64,000 bases of DNA from an uncultured Actinomycetota bacterium (GCA_963730505.1 CAVSSB010000031.1:26120-90119); one strand, 5' to 3'; shown: positions 10,476-21,776, numbered from the stretch's first letter. Numbers and translations: made by a program. The notes: generated by a model from the sequence alone, not told the origin.

Positions 10476-13283
10476 CTATTTCTTGATCAATGACCGCAGC
10501 ACGTACTGCATGATGCCGCCGTTGCGGTAGTAATCAGCTTCACCCGGGGTGTCGATCCGAACCAGCGCGTCGAAGCTGACATCACCAGCGTTCACCTTGA
10601 CCGTCTCCGGGGTACGACCGGCGTTGAGCTCGGTGACTCCGGTTATGTCGAAGGTTTCGTCTCCGGTGAGTCCGAGAGAGCTGGCGGTCTCACCGTCGGG
10701 GAACTGCAGCGGCAGCACACCCATCCCGATGAGGTTGGATCGATGGATCCGCTCGTACGACTCAGCGATCACGGCCTTCACCCCGAGCAGAGCCGTTCCC
10801 TTCGCAGCCCAGTCCCGTGAGGAGCCCGAGCCGTACTCTTTGCCAGCCAGCACGACCAGCGGAGTGCCCGCAGCGAGGTAATGCTGGGACGCCTCGTACA
10901 CCGTTGTCACCGATTCGTCCGACGCAGTGAAGTCTTTGGTGAATCCGCCTTCGGTCCCGGGGGCGAGTTGGTTGCGCAGTCGAATGTTGGCGAATGTCCC
11001 TCTGATCATGACCTCGTGGTTGCCGCGGCGGGACCCGTAGGAGTTGAAATCCTTCCGCTCCACTCCGTGCTCGGACAGGTATTGCCCCGCGGGCGAATCC
11101 GGCTTGATGGAACCGGCTGGGGATATGTGATCGGTGGTGATCGAGTCGCCCAGTTGGAGCAGCACCCGTGCCCCCTGGATGTCATTAACCTGCGTGGGCT
11201 CAGCTGGCATGCCATCGAAGTAGGGCGGCTTGCGCACATAAGTCGAGTCGGCGTCCCACGCAAAGGTCTCCCCCTCAGGGGTCGGCAGCGACTGCCACTC
11301 CTCATCGCCAGCGAAGACATCCGCATATGACTCGGTGAACATCTCTGCGCCGATCGCCGCGGACACGATCTCGTCTATCTCCGCCTCGCTCGGCCAGATG
11401 TCGGCCAGGTACACGTCATTGCCCTGCTCATCAGTGCCCAGCGAGTCGCTCATCAAGTCGATGTCCATCGTGCCGGCAATCGCGTACGCCACGACCAGCG
11501 GCGGCGAGGCCAGGTAGTTCATCTTGACGTCCGGGTTGATCCTGCCCTCGAAGTTCCGGTTGCCCGAAAGCACCGAGACCACCGCAAGATCATTTTCGTG
11601 TACCGCCGCGCTGACCTCGGGAATGAGTGGCCCGGAGTTTCCGATACAGGTCGTACAGCCGTAACCGACCAAGTTGAAGCCAAGCTTGTCCAGGTACGGC
11701 GTCAAGCCCGAGCGGTCGTAGTAGTCGCTGACTACCTTCGATCCGGGAGCCAGAGTGGTCTTCACCCAGGGCTTGCGATTCAGTCCTCGCTCTACCGCCT
11801 TCTTGGCGACCAGAGCCGCCCCGATCATCACACTGGGGTTCGACGTGTTGGTGCAGGACGTGATTGCGGCGATCGTCACCGCCCCGTGGTCGAGCTCGAA
11901 CGACGTACCGTCTGCCAATGTCACCGCGACGTTCTTGCTTGGCCGCCCGATGTCGGCCGGCTCCTCGCCGTACTCATGCGGCTCTGAGGAATCGTTGCCG
12001 GAGCGACTCGGCGAGTCGGAGGCTGGGAATGACTCATCAACCGACTCGTCGTAGCCGGTCAGCTCTTCGGCGGCCACATGATCCCGCAGCGCCTCGCGGA
12101 ATCCCTGCTTAGCGTGGGCGACCAGCACGCGGTCCTGCGGGCGCTTGGGCCCCGCAATGCTCGGCACCACGGTGCCGAGGTCAAGCTCCACGTGCTCGGA
12201 GTACCTCGGTTCTTTGTCGTCGGAGTGCCACAGGCCCTGGGTCTTGGCGTACGTCTCGACGAGGGCGATCTGGTGATCGCTGCGACCGGTAAGCCTCATG
12301 TATTCGGTGGTCTTCGCGTCGATCGGGAAGACCGCGATCGTCGACCCATACTCAGGACTCATGTTGCCGATCGTGGCCCGATTGGCGACCGGAACGTGGG
12401 AGACGCCGGGACCGTAGAACTCGACAAACTTGCCGACCACTTTGTGCTGACGCAGGATCTCGGTGATGGTCAAAACAAGATCAGTTGCGGTCGCGCCCTC
12501 TCGCAGCGCGCCGGAGAGTTTGAAACCAACGACCCGAGGGATGAGCATCGAGACCGGCTGGCCGAGCATCGCCGCCTCGGCCTCGATCCCGCCGACTCCC
12601 CAGCCGACTACGCCCAAGCCATTGACCATGGTGGTGTGTGAATCGGTGCCGACACACGTGTCGGGATAGGCGTACGACTCGGTCTCCCCGGAGCCCGTCG
12701 AGGGCTCCATCTCGCGGGAGAAGATCACCCGAGCCAGGTGCTCGATGTTGACCTGGTGCACGATCCCGGTGCCTGGTGGAACGACTTTGAAATCGTCGAA
12801 GGCGGTCTGGCCCCAGCGCAGGAACTGATAGCGCTCGCGGTTGCGCTGGTATTCGATCTCCACGTTCCTGGCGAAGGCGTCCGCAGTGCCGAACACGTCG
12901 GCGATGACTGAGTGGTCAATCACCAGCTCGGCCGGAGCCAGCGGGTTGATCTTGGCGGGGTCGCCACCCATCTCTGCCATTGCCTCACGCATGGTGGCCA
13001 GATCGACTACGCAGGGCACACCGGTGAAGTCCTGCATGATCACACGCGCCGGCGTGAACTGGATTTCCTCGCTGGGCTCTGCGTCGGGGTCCCAGCCGGC
13101 CAAGGCCCTGATGTCATCGGCGGTGATGTTGGCGCCGTCCTCGGTGCGGAGCAGGTTCTCCAGCAAGATCTTGAGACTGTACGGCAGCGAATCTGAGCCA
13201 TCGACAGCGTCGAGCCGGAAGATCTGATACGACTCATCACCGACTTGGAGGGTGGCCTTGGCATCGAAGCTGTTCACACTCAT
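10476..13283 (-). CDS. acnA: Aconitate hydratase A
   Basis: [45 protein letters not shown] motifs. Confidence 0.98.
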   Translation of the reverse strand: MSVNSFDAKATLQVGDESYQIFRLDAVDGSDSLPYSLKILLENLLRTEDGANITADDIRALAGWDPDAEPSEEIQFTPARVIMQDFTGVPCVVDLATMREAMAEMGGDPAKINPLAPAELVIDHSVIADVFGTADAFARNVEIEYQRNRERYQFLRWGQTAFDDFKVVPPGTGIVHQVNIEHLARVIFSREMEPSTGSGETESYAYPDTCVGTDSHTTMVNGLGVVGWGVGGIEAEAAMLGQPVSMLIPRVVGFKLSGALREGATATDLVLTITEILRQHKVVGKFVEFYGPGVSHVPVANRATIGNMSPEYGSTIAVFPIDAKTTEYMRLTGRSDHQIALVETYAKTQGLWHSDDKEPRYSEHVELDLGTVVPSIAGPKRPQDRVLVAHAKQGFREALRDHVAAEELTGYDESVDESFPASDSPSRSGNDSSEPHEYGEEPADIGRPSKNVAVTLADGTSFELDHGAVTIAAITSCTNTSNPSVMIGAALVAKKAVERGLNRKPWVKTTLAPGSKVVSDYYDRSGLTPYLDKLGFNLVGYGCTTCIGNSGPLIPEVSAAVHENDLAVVSVLSGNRNFEGRINPDVKMNYLASPPLVVAYAIAGTMDIDLMSDSLGTDEQGNDVYLADIWPSEAEIDEIVSAAIGAEMFTESYADVFAGDEEWQSLPTPEGETFAWDADSTYVRKPPYFDGMPAEPTQVNDIQGARVLLQLGDSITTDHISPAGSIKPDSPAGQYLSEHGVERKDFNSYGSRRGNHEVMIRGTFANIRLRNQLAPGTEGGFTKDFTASDESVTTVYEASQHYLAAGTPLVVLAGKEYGSGSSRDWAAKGTALLGVKAVIAESYERIHRSNLIGMGVLPLQFPDGETASSLGLTGDETFDITGVTELNAGRTPETVKVNAGDVSFDALVRIDTPGEADYYRNGGIMQYVLRSLIKK

Positions 13284-13306
13284 GAGCCCTCCTCGTCGTT
13301 GGCCAA

Positions 13307-13326
13307 TTATCTTGACGTCAAGATAA
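13307..13326. promoter_or_regulatory. Perfect 20-bp palindromic operator upstream of acnA (TamR-like)
   Basis: TTATCTTGACGTCAAGATAA is its own reverse complement and lies 24 bp upstream of the acnA ATG. Confidence 0.7.
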
Positions 13327-13464
13327 CATGGGACACCTGATCCAAGATCGTGGTGAGCGAATCATTTCCCGCTCAACAGCACTCATGCATGCGGTGACAC
13401 CATTGAGCAGAGTTGCAGGAGCTATGGGGAGGCGGGTGGACGTCCCCGGGTAGGTGGACGAGAC

Positions 13465-14487
13465 ATGAGCGGTAACGCAAGCTTCCGATTGGCCAACACC
13501 ACCGTGCTATCGGTGTGTGCGGTTGACGCACCAGTGGTGATGACGTCTGCGGCCTTCGACGAACGGCTGGCAGACACCTACCGGCGGGTCGGTACGCGGC
13601 CCGGCATGCTGGAGAATCTGGCTGGGGTGGTCGAGCGTCGTTGGTGGCCGCCTGACATGAGCTTCGCTGATGCGGCGGCGATGGCCGGCGCCAAGGCGCT
13701 GGCCGAGGCGGGCATCACTCCCGCCCAGGTCGGCGTGTTGATCAACACGGCGGTCTCTCGGGAGTATCTCGAGCCTTCGACTGCGGTCGCGATTCACCAT
13801 CAGATGGGCTTGCCGACGAGCTGCCTCAACTTCGATCTGACGAATGCCTGCCTCGGTTTTGTGAACGGCATTCAGTTGGCTGGGACCATGATCGAGTCCG
13901 GCCAGGCGGACTACGCAGTGATCGTCGATGCCGAAGGTTCCCGCTATACCCAGGAGCTGACACTGGAGAGGCTCGCCGCAGAGGAGGCCACAGCGGCCGA
14001 CCTCCGCTCACAATTCGCCACTCTCACCCTCGGCTCGGGATCGGCGGCCATGGTGCTCGGACGAGCCGACCTTCATCCTGAAGGACATCGGGTGATCGGT
14101 GGAGTGAGCCGCGCCGGCACCGAGCACCACGACCTTTGCGTCGGTGATCTCACCCGGATGCGCACCGACACCAAGCGGCTGTTTGACGCCGGGCTCGCGC
14201 TTGCCTTGGCGACCTGGGCCGACGCCAAGGAAGAGTTCGACTGGGATGGAATCGACTGGTTCGTTGCTCACCAGACCTCGGTCGTGCACATCCGTGCGAT
14301 GGCTAACGCGCTCGGGGTTGACCCGGCGCGCTTCCCACTCACCCTGCCGAGGTACGGCAACATGGGGCCGGCCGCAGTGCCGTTCACACTGGCTCTGCAG
14401 ATGGACCAGCTGCGTGCCGAGGACCGGATTCTGTTGCTAGGCATCGGATCCGGCCTGAATACCTCGTACGCCGAGATTGTCTGGTGA
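13465..14487 (+). CDS. oleA: FabH/thiolase-fold condensing enzyme OleA
   Basis: NACLGF catalytic Cys, TLGSGSAA, HQ, GNMGPA, GIGSGLN; first gene of an ole-type operon. Confidence 0.85.
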   Translation: MSGNASFRLANTTVLSVCAVDAPVVMTSAAFDERLADTYRRVGTRPGMLENLAGVVERRWWPPDMSFADAAAMAGAKALAEAGITPAQVGVLINTAVSREYLEPSTAVAIHHQMGLPTSCLNFDLTNACLGFVNGIQLAGTMIESGQADYAVIVDAEGSRYTQELTLERLAAEEATAADLRSQFATLTLGSGSAAMVLGRADLHPEGHRVIGGVSRAGTEHHDLCVGDLTRMRTDTKRLFDAGLALALATWADAKEEFDWDGIDWFVAHQTSVVHIRAMANALGVDPARFPLTLPRYGNMGPAAVPFTLALQMDQLRAEDRILLLGIGSGLNTSYAEIVW

Positions 14488-17090
14488 TCAACCGCCTGCT
14501 CGCGAAGCCCCGCCTGGTCGCTGAGATCATCGGAATCCCGGGGGTCGACCCGGTCTGGTCCACCTTGGTCCAAGCCATCGACGCCGAAGGGGTTCCGCGC
14601 ACCTGGCATGTGCTCGACAACGGCGTCGCGCCAGAAGTGGGAACCCTGCTCTGCGTGCACGGCAACCCGACGTGGTCCTATCTGTGGCGCCGGTTTCTCT
14701 CCTGCGCGGATCCGGGCTGGCGAGTGGTCGCAGTGGACCAGCTTGGGATGGGCTACTCAGAGCGACCGAACCTCCCCCGTACCCTCGCTTCCCGGATCGA
14801 TGACCTCGACACCATCACCTCGGAGCTGGGAATCACCGGACGCGTGGTGCTGGCGGCGCACGACTGGGGTGGACCGATCTCGCTGGGCTGGGCACAACGC
14901 CACCTTGATCAGGTGGCCGGGTTGATCTTGACCAATACCGGGGTCGCTGTCCCCATGGGGGCGGATCCGCCGGCGCTGATCCGGCTGGCCCGCAGCCGTG
15001 CGCTGCGGGAGCTGGTCTGCGCACGCACCAGCATGTTCGTACGTGCCGCCGCAGCTCTGTCCTGGCCGCAGATCCCAGTCGAGGTGCGTCGCGCGTTGCG
15101 GGCTCCGTACTTCTCCTCTCAGCGACGACAGGCTGTCGCTGAGTTCGTGGCCGACATTCCCCTGGAGCCGGGCCATCCCAGCCGAGCCGTGCTCGATGAC
15201 ATTGCGTGCCGGCTGAGCGAGCTCGGAGGCGTTCCGACGCTGCTGCTGTGGGGGCCGCGCGACCCTGTGTTCACACAGAGATACCTCCGCGATCTGCAGC
15301 GGCGGTTGCCGCAGGCGGACGTCCACCGATACAGCCGAGCGTCGCATCTGGTGATGGAAGATGCGCCTCAAGCGGCCGAGGATGCCTGGTTGTGGGTGAG
15401 GTCGAACGCCAGCATGCCGGTGCACGGGTCAAGGCCGGACACGCAGGCACCCGAGCCCGCTGCCGACCGGGCTGTTGGTGTGGCAGCCGGTAGTGATGAT
15501 GGGCCGGCCATCGCCGAGCTTGGCCGCGGCGAGACCCGCGTGATCTCGTTTGGGGGGCTGCGGGATCGGGTCAGTGCGCTGGCTGAAGGACTTCGCCGAG
15601 TCGGCGTGCGGCCCGGACACCGAGTAGCGCTGCTCGTGCCGCCGGGTCTCGACCTGACCACGACGGTCTACGCCTGCTGGCAGTCGGGTGCCGTGATCGT
15701 GGTGGCAGACGCCGGCCTGGGCTGGCGGCGCATGGCCGACTCGCTGCGCAGCGCTGATCCGGACTACCTGATCGGCATCCCGGCGGCCGTCGCCGCTGCT
15801 GCCGCGTTCCATCTTCCGGGGATCCGGGTGGTTGCCGGCGAGGTGCCCAGACCGATCCGCCAGCTGCTGGGCATTCAGCACTCGATAGACGAGCTTGTGA
15901 CAGCCGGGGATGGCGGCCCGCTCGTCGACACCCAACGGGTACCCCTCGACCCCGGCGGTGCTCCGTCGAATGAGGCAGCGGTGCTGTTCACTTCCGGCGC
16001 CACTGGCCCGCCGAAGGGAGTCGTCTATCGGCATCACCAGCTGCTGGCGCAGCTGGACCAGGTACGCGCCCTCTGCGACGTCAATCCCGGTGATCGACTA
16101 GTCGCCGCATTCGCCCCGTTTGCGCTATACGGCCCAGCACTCGGCATCGGGGCGGTCGTGCCGCGAATGGATGTCACCAAACCGGGCACTCTCACTGCGG
16201 TGGGGTTGGCCGATGCGGCGGCGGCCATCGACGCCACCCTGGTCTTCGCCTCGCCGGCAGCATTGCAGAACGTGGTTGCCACCTCGGGCGAGCTGACAGC
16301 TGAGCAGTCCTCGGCCCTGGCGCACATTCGGCTGGTGCTCTCAGCCGGAGCCCCGGTCTCGGTAGCGTTGCTGCGCCGCCTTCGTGACGTCCTGCCCCAC
16401 GCCGAGCTGCACACGCCGTACGGGATGACCGAGGCCTTACCGCTGACCGACATCTCGCTGTCTGAGCTGGAAGAGGCTGGTTCGGGCAATGGAGTGTGCG
16501 TCGGGCGCCCGCTGCCTGGTGTGCAGATCCAGATCAGCCCATTGGACCCGCTGGGCGAAGCCGCGGGACCGCCCGGGGCAAGCGTCGAGGTCTCCGGCGA
16601 GATCTGTGTGTCCGCGGCCCACGTCAAGGACCGTTACGACCGGCTTTGGGCGACGGAGAGAGCAAGTTCTCGGGATCCGGGCTGGCATCGTTCGGGCGAT
16701 GTCGGGCACCTCGACAGCGGCGGGCGGCTGTGGGTTGAGGGCCGTCTGGTGCACGTCGTGACGACCGCCGAGGGACCGCTCACCCCAGTCGGGGTTGAGC
16801 AACGCATCGAGGCCAAGAGTCCGGTCAGCAGCGCCGCGGTGGTCGGTGTAGGCCCTCGGGGCACTCAGCAAGTGGTGGCGGTAGTTGTTCCGGAAACTCG
16901 CGCCGCGGTTGGGCTGGCGTCGCAGCAGCTCGCCACCGCCGTACGCGCAGCGGCCGGGGTGCGCGTCGCAGCTGTGCTGGTCGTCGCAGCGTTGCCGGTG
17001 GACATCCGGCACGCCGCCAAGATCGACCGGCAGCGGCTCGCCCGTTGGGCCGAGCGGGTGCTAGCCGGTGCTCGGGTCGGTCGGCCGTAG
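14484..17090 (+). CDS. oleBC: OleB-OleC fusion (haloalkane dehalogenase-like beta-lactone decarboxylase plus AMP-dependent beta-lactone synthetase)
   Basis: N-terminal HGNPTWS and HDWGG (Asp nucleophile); C-terminal FTSGATGPPKG, PYGMTE, SGDVG adenylation motifs. Confidence 0.85.
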   Translation: MINRLLAKPRLVAEIIGIPGVDPVWSTLVQAIDAEGVPRTWHVLDNGVAPEVGTLLCVHGNPTWSYLWRRFLSCADPGWRVVAVDQLGMGYSERPNLPRTLASRIDDLDTITSELGITGRVVLAAHDWGGPISLGWAQRHLDQVAGLILTNTGVAVPMGADPPALIRLARSRALRELVCARTSMFVRAAAALSWPQIPVEVRRALRAPYFSSQRRQAVAEFVADIPLEPGHPSRAVLDDIACRLSELGGVPTLLLWGPRDPVFTQRYLRDLQRRLPQADVHRYSRASHLVMEDAPQAAEDAWLWVRSNASMPVHGSRPDTQAPEPAADRAVGVAAGSDDGPAIAELGRGETRVISFGGLRDRVSALAEGLRRVGVRPGHRVALLVPPGLDLTTTVYACWQSGAVIVVADAGLGWRRMADSLRSADPDYLIGIPAAVAAAAAFHLPGIRVVAGEVPRPIRQLLGIQHSIDELVTAGDGGPLVDTQRVPLDPGGAPSNEAAVLFTSGATGPPKGVVYRHHQLLAQLDQVRALCDVNPGDRLVAAFAPFALYGPALGIGAVVPRMDVTKPGTLTAVGLADAAAAIDATLVFASPAALQNVVATSGELTAEQSSALAHIRLVLSAGAPVSVALLRRLRDVLPHAELHTPYGMTEALPLTDISLSELEEAGSGNGVCVGRPLPGVQIQISPLDPLGEAAGPPGASVEVSGEICVSAAHVKDRYDRLWATERASSRDPGWHRSGDVGHLDSGGRLWVEGRLVHVVTTAEGPLTPVGVEQRIEAKSPVSSAAVVGVGPRGTQQVVAVVVPETRAAVGLASQQLATAVRAAAGVRVAAVLVVAALPVDIRHAAKIDRQRLARWAERVLAGARVGRP

Positions 17091-17104
17091 GAGCGGAGGA
17101 CAGC

Positions 17105-18115
17105 GTGCGGGTGCTGGTCACCGGGGCGACCGGGATGCTCGGACGCGGGGTGGCGCTGGCGCTCGCCGACAGGGGTGACCGAGTGACGGTGCTGCAGCGG
17201 CGTCCAGCCGGACTCGGCCTGCCAGAAGTGTTGACCGATATCAGCGACGTCGACTCTGTGCGCACCGCGGTGAGCAACCAGGACGCGGTCATTCACCTGG
17301 CGGCCAAGGTGAACGTGGTCGGTCCGGAGGCTGAGTACGAGCGGATCAACATCCACGGCACCCGAGCGGTCGTGGATGCCTGTGTGAAGGCCGGGGTACG
17401 ACGGCTGGTGCATGTCTCATCGCCCTCTGTGGCCCACGCCGGACGCTCGCTGATCGGGCGCGGTGCGGATCCCGCCGATCCTGTCACTGCTCGCGGTCCG
17501 TACGCCAGAAGTAAGGCCGCAGCTGAGCTGATCGCGCTGCAGGCCAACCACGGCGAGCTGGCGGTAGTCGCGGTGCGCCCACATGTGGTGTGGGGGCCGG
17601 GTGATACCCAGCTGGTGGCTCGCGTGGTGGACCGGGCACGCCGCGGACGGCTGCCGCTCATCGGCTCGGGAGCAGCCTTGGTCGATTCCACGTACGTCGT
17701 CAATGCTGTGGAGGCGCTCATAGCGGCTCTTGACCACTGCGTCGAGGCACGTGGCCAGGCCTTGGTTGTTACCAACGGCGAGCCGCGACCAGTCGCAGAG
17801 TTGATAGCCGGCTTGTGCCGCGCGGCCGGGGTCCCGGAACCGACTCGGCACGTGCCGGTGGGGCTGGCACGTGCGGGCGGAATAGTGGTGGAGACGCTGT
17901 GGACGTTGACCCAGAGCGTGCGTCCGGGACGCCCAGACGATGATCCGCCGCTGACCCGGTTCCTGGTTGAACAGCTCTCAACAGCGCATTGGTTCGACCA
18001 GCGGCTGGCTCGCCAGGTCCTGCAGTGGCAGCCTCGGATCAGTCTCGATGAGGGATTCGTTGAACTCCAGCGCTGGCATGCCCAATCTGGCGCTGCTCGC
18101 GCATCGCGCTTGTAA
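17105..18115 (+). CDS. oleD: NAD-dependent 2-alkyl-3-oxo acid reductase OleD (extended SDR)
   Basis: VTGATGMLG, HLAAKV, YARSK, RPHVVWGPGD; GGAGGA SD 4 nt before GTG 17105. Confidence 0.82.
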   Translation: MRVLVTGATGMLGRGVALALADRGDRVTVLQRRPAGLGLPEVLTDISDVDSVRTAVSNQDAVIHLAAKVNVVGPEAEYERINIHGTRAVVDACVKAGVRRLVHVSSPSVAHAGRSLIGRGADPADPVTARGPYARSKAAAELIALQANHGELAVVAVRPHVVWGPGDTQLVARVVDRARRGRLPLIGSGAALVDSTYVVNAVEALIAALDHCVEARGQALVVTNGEPRPVAELIAGLCRAAGVPEPTRHVPVGLARAGGIVVETLWTLTQSVRPGRPDDDPPLTRFLVEQLSTAHWFDQRLARQVLQWQPRISLDEGFVELQRWHAQSGAARASRL

Positions 18116-18226
18116 TCCGCCTACTTCGTCGTCGCTCGCAGAGGAAAAACGCCTCCGCTTGCTCCTCCTCAGCACGGCGGCGCGCGATTTCCGACGCTCG
18201 CAGCTGTTTGGCGCTGCGCAGTATTC

Positions 18227-20233
18227 CTAGCCGCCGCGCAGGGAGCGGCGGGCAGCGTCCTGAGCAGTCTCCCGCTCAAACCTCTGTTCGGCCTTGGTCG
18301 ATGACGCCAGGAGGAACGGCACCGATGTCACCATGACTCCCGGCGTGAACAGCAGCCGTCCTTTGAGTCGCAAGGCGCTCTGGTTGTGCAGGATCTGCTC
18401 CCACCAATGGCCGACGACATACTCAGGGATGTAGACCGTCACCGCGTCACGCGGGCTCTCGCGCCGCAGGTTCTTCACATAGTCGATGATTGGGTTGGTC
18501 ACCTCCCGGTAAGGCGAGGCGAGCACTTTGAGCGGAACTTCGGTGTCGGCCTCTTCCCAAAGCTTCACAAGGCGTTCGGTTTCCTCCGGGTCAACTGAGA
18601 CCGTGAGAGCCTCGAGCGAGCTGGGCCGGGCGGCCTTGGCGAAGGCGAGTGCCCGCAATGTTGGTTTGTGCAGCTTGCTGACCAACACCAAAGCGCGTAC
18701 CCGGCTCGGGAGCGTCCGATCCTCACCCTCTACCAGTGCAGTCTCCCGAGCAACCGCATCGTAGTGTCGCCTGATCATCTTCATGATCACGAAGAGGATG
18801 CCCATCGCGATGATCGCAATGTAGGCACCCTTGGTGAACTTTGAGAGCAGCACGATCACCAGCACTGTGCCGGTCATCGTCAGCCCAATGGCGTTGATCA
18901 CACGGGAACGGATCATCCGTCTCCGCACGGCCGGATTGGTCTCGACTCTCAGGTGGCGCGTCCAGTGCCGCAGCATGCCGAGCTGGCTGACAGTGAACGA
19001 CACGAAGACCCCGACGACGTAGAGCTGGATCAACGCCGTCACATCAGCATCGAAGGCGATGATCAGTACGACGGCCAAGAAGGCCAGCACGATGATCCCA
19101 TTGCTGTACGCCAGGCGGTCGCCGCGAGTGTGCAACTGGCGTGGTAGGTAACCGTCCCTGGCAAGGATCGAGCCCAACACAGGGAATCCGTTGAATGCGG
19201 TGTTCGCGGCCAGGAACAAGATCAGCATTGTGGCGGCCACGACGAAGTAGAAAGCAGGTCTGAAGTCGGCGAATACTACGGCGGACAACTGACCGATGGC
19301 CGTCTCCTCGACCACGTCGACCCGCTCACCGTTGAGCGTGTAGTAGGAGTGGCCGGCATCGATCAGTTTGAGTCCGGTCAGGTTGGCCAACACGACGACA
19401 CCGATCAACATTGACACTGAAAGAGTGCCGAGCAACAGCAGGGTGGTTGCTGCGTTCTTGCTCTTCGGCTTACGGAACGCCGGCACGCCGTTCGAGATGG
19501 CCTCCACCCCGGTTAGCGCTGCGCATCCGGAGGAGAACGTGCGGGCTAGCAGCGCGACCATCGCAAAGCCGGTAAAGGCTGCATAGTCTGGGTCCGGCTC
19601 GATCCCGTACTGGGCGCTGTGTGCTTGGATCTGTTCGCCCATGACCAGGATTCGGAACAGCCCGAAGATCACCATGCTCAAGATCGCGACCATGAAGCAG
19701 TACGTGGGAATCGCGAAGAAAGTGCCGGACTCGCGGACGCCGCGGAGGTTGAGCGCCATCAGCACGATCACGACGCCCGCGGCTACCCATGCTTCGCGCC
19801 CGTCCAGGACCGGGAATGCCGACTTGGCATTCTGTACGCCGGACGATACGGAGACCGCGACCGTCAAGACGTAATCCACCAGGAGCGCCGCTGCCACCGT
19901 GATACCCGCCGTGGATCCGATGTTGACGGTGGCAACCTCGTAGTCACCGCCGCCCGAGGGGTACGCGTGCACGTTCTGCCGGTAAGACGCTACGACAACC
20001 AGCATCACGACGGCGACCAGGATTGCGATCTTCCACGAATAGGCGTATGCGGCAAGTCCGGCCAGTGACAACGTCAGGAAGATTTCGTCCGGCGCGTAGG
20101 CGACCGAAGAGAGGGCGTCCGATGCGAAGACCGGCAAGGCGATGCGCTTGGGCAGAAGTGTCTCGTGGAGCTGAGTGCTACGGAGCTTCCGGCCCAGCAG
20201 CAGGCGCTTGCCAATGTCGGAGACATTCACCAC
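18227..20233 (-). CDS. APC-superfamily permease, KimA-like K+ transporter
   Basis: SDALSSVAY, TGVEAISNG, ANTAFNGFP, cytoplasmic tail with EYVVGHWWEQILHNQSA; adjacent to trkA genes. Confidence 0.85.
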   Translation of the reverse strand: MVNVSDIGKRLLLGRKLRSTQLHETLLPKRIALPVFASDALSSVAYAPDEIFLTLSLAGLAAYAYSWKIAILVAVVMLVVVASYRQNVHAYPSGGGDYEVATVNIGSTAGITVAAALLVDYVLTVAVSVSSGVQNAKSAFPVLDGREAWVAAGVVIVLMALNLRGVRESGTFFAIPTYCFMVAILSMVIFGLFRILVMGEQIQAHSAQYGIEPDPDYAAFTGFAMVALLARTFSSGCAALTGVEAISNGVPAFRKPKSKNAATTLLLLGTLSVSMLIGVVVLANLTGLKLIDAGHSYYTLNGERVDVVEETAIGQLSAVVFADFRPAFYFVVAATMLILFLAANTAFNGFPVLGSILARDGYLPRQLHTRGDRLAYSNGIIVLAFLAVVLIIAFDADVTALIQLYVVGVFVSFTVSQLGMLRHWTRHLRVETNPAVRRRMIRSRVINAIGLTMTGTVLVIVLLSKFTKGAYIAIIAMGILFVIMKMIRRHYDAVARETALVEGEDRTLPSRVRALVLVSKLHKPTLRALAFAKAARPSSLEALTVSVDPEETERLVKLWEEADTEVPLKVLASPYREVTNPIIDYVKNLRRESPRDAVTVYIPEYVVGHWWEQILHNQSALRLKGRLLFTPGVMVTSVPFLLASSTKAEQRFERETAQDAARRSLRGG

Positions 20234-20339
20234 ACCGCAAACCCTAGTAGAGAAGTTGCGATCATCGGGGCGGCCAGTTTTGGCTGGAGGTGACCGGCGT
20301 CACAGAGCCGTATGAACGGGGTTCACTAGACTCAACGGC

Positions 20340-21008
20340 GTGCACATCGTGATCATGGGCTGTGGCCGGGTCGGGTCCAGCCTGGCCAGGAGCTTGGAGA
20401 AGCGTGGTCACACTGTCGCGGTGATCGACCTCGACTCCGAGTCCTTCCGCCGCCTCGGCCCGGACTTTGCGGGCAAGACGGTGAGAGGTGTCGGCTTTGA
20501 TCGCGAGGTACTTCTCGAGGCCGGTATCGAGGACGCCGACGGCTTTGCTGCGGTGTCCAGTGGTGACAACTCCAACATCTTGTCGGCGCGCGTGGTACGC
20601 GAAACCTTTGGTGTCGACAATGTCGTGGCTCGCATCTATGACCCCGGCCGCGCTGAGGTCTACGAGCGGCTCGGCATCCCGACCGTCGCCACCGTACGTT
20701 GGACCGCAGACCAGGTATTGCGACGGTTGCTGCCCAGCGGTTCTGAACCGCAGTGGCGAGACCCGTCGGGCTCGGTACGCCTCATGGAGATGCATGTTGA
20801 TCGAGCATGGGTCGGTCGGACCATCGAGCAGATGGAGGAGGCCACCGACGCGCGCATCCCATTTCTGTTCCGCATGGGTTCCGGAATCGTGCCCAAGCGC
20901 AACATGGTCTTTCAGGATGGTGACCTGGTGTACGCCGCTGTCGTCGACGCCAAGCTGGCCGCCGTCGAAGCTGTACTCGGTTCTCCACCAAGACCGAGAG
21001 GAGTGTGA
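20340..21008 (+). CDS. trkA: TrkA-family RCK protein (CeoB-like)
   Basis: IMGCGRVG, AVSSGDNSN, ARIYDP. Confidence 0.88.
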   Translation: MHIVIMGCGRVGSSLARSLEKRGHTVAVIDLDSESFRRLGPDFAGKTVRGVGFDREVLLEAGIEDADGFAAVSSGDNSNILSARVVRETFGVDNVVARIYDPGRAEVYERLGIPTVATVRWTADQVLRRLLPSGSEPQWRDPSGSVRLMEMHVDRAWVGRTIEQMEEATDARIPFLFRMGSGIVPKRNMVFQDGDLVYAAVVDAKLAAVEAVLGSPPRPRGV

Positions 21009-21010
21009 CG

Positions 21011-21721
21011 ATGCGAGTCGCGATTGGCGGAGCCGGCAATGTGGGACTGTCCATTGCGGCCGAGCTCACCGAAAACGGGCATGAGGTGTTGTTGATCGAC
21101 AAAGATCCACATGCGGTCAAGGCGGACGCACTGGCAGAGGTGGAGTGGCTCCTGGCTGACGCGTGCGAGCTCTCCTCACTTGAAGAAGCGGGCCTCGATA
21201 CCTGTGATGTAGCGATCGCGGCCACCGGCGATGACAAGGTGAACCTGGTGATGTCGCTGCTCGCCAAGACTGAGTTCGGCGTGCCTCGTACCGTCGCCCG
21301 GGTGAACCACCCGAAGAACGAGTGGCTCTTCAACGAGGTCTGGGGGGTCGATGTCTCAGTCTCGACACCACGGCTGATGTCGGCGCTCGTTGAGGAAGCC
21401 GTCACGGTCGGTGACCTGGTCAGACTGCTGACGTTCCACGAGGGTGCGACGAACCTCGTCGAGATGACCTTGCCTTCCAGCAGCCCGGTAGCCGGAGCTC
21501 GCATCGGCGATCTGAACTGGCCCGGCGACGTTGTTCTGGTGGCGATCATCCGCGACGGACATGCCAGACCGCCCGACAAGGACGGCTCACTCGAGGCTGG
21601 CGACGAATTGCTGTTCGTGACAGCCCAGGACTTCGAGCACCAGCTGGCCGAGATGTTGGCCCCGCGTGATGGCTCGATCAATGTCTCAAAGACGCCGACC
21701 CCACGCGTTCAGGCGGTCTGA
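21011..21721 (+). CDS. trkA: TrkA-family RCK protein (CeoC-like)
   Basis: IGGAGNVG, ATGDDKVN, ARVNHPKN, RCK-C tail. Confidence 0.88.
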   Translation: MRVAIGGAGNVGLSIAAELTENGHEVLLIDKDPHAVKADALAEVEWLLADACELSSLEEAGLDTCDVAIAATGDDKVNLVMSLLAKTEFGVPRTVARVNHPKNEWLFNEVWGVDVSVSTPRLMSALVEEAVTVGDLVRLLTFHEGATNLVEMTLPSSSPVAGARIGDLNWPGDVVLVAIIRDGHARPPDKDGSLEAGDELLFVTAQDFEHQLAEMLAPRDGSINVSKTPTPRVQAV

Positions 21722-21776
21722 GACTGAGGTTGTCGGTGCCAACCCGCGCGACGGGCTGCCTCCACCGGAGTGGAAC

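Noticed and set aside
20234-20339. c-di-AMP (ydaO) riboswitch upstream of the KimA-like transporter
   Set aside because: Spacer is only about 105 bp, is shared with trkA, and I could not find the ydaO consensus
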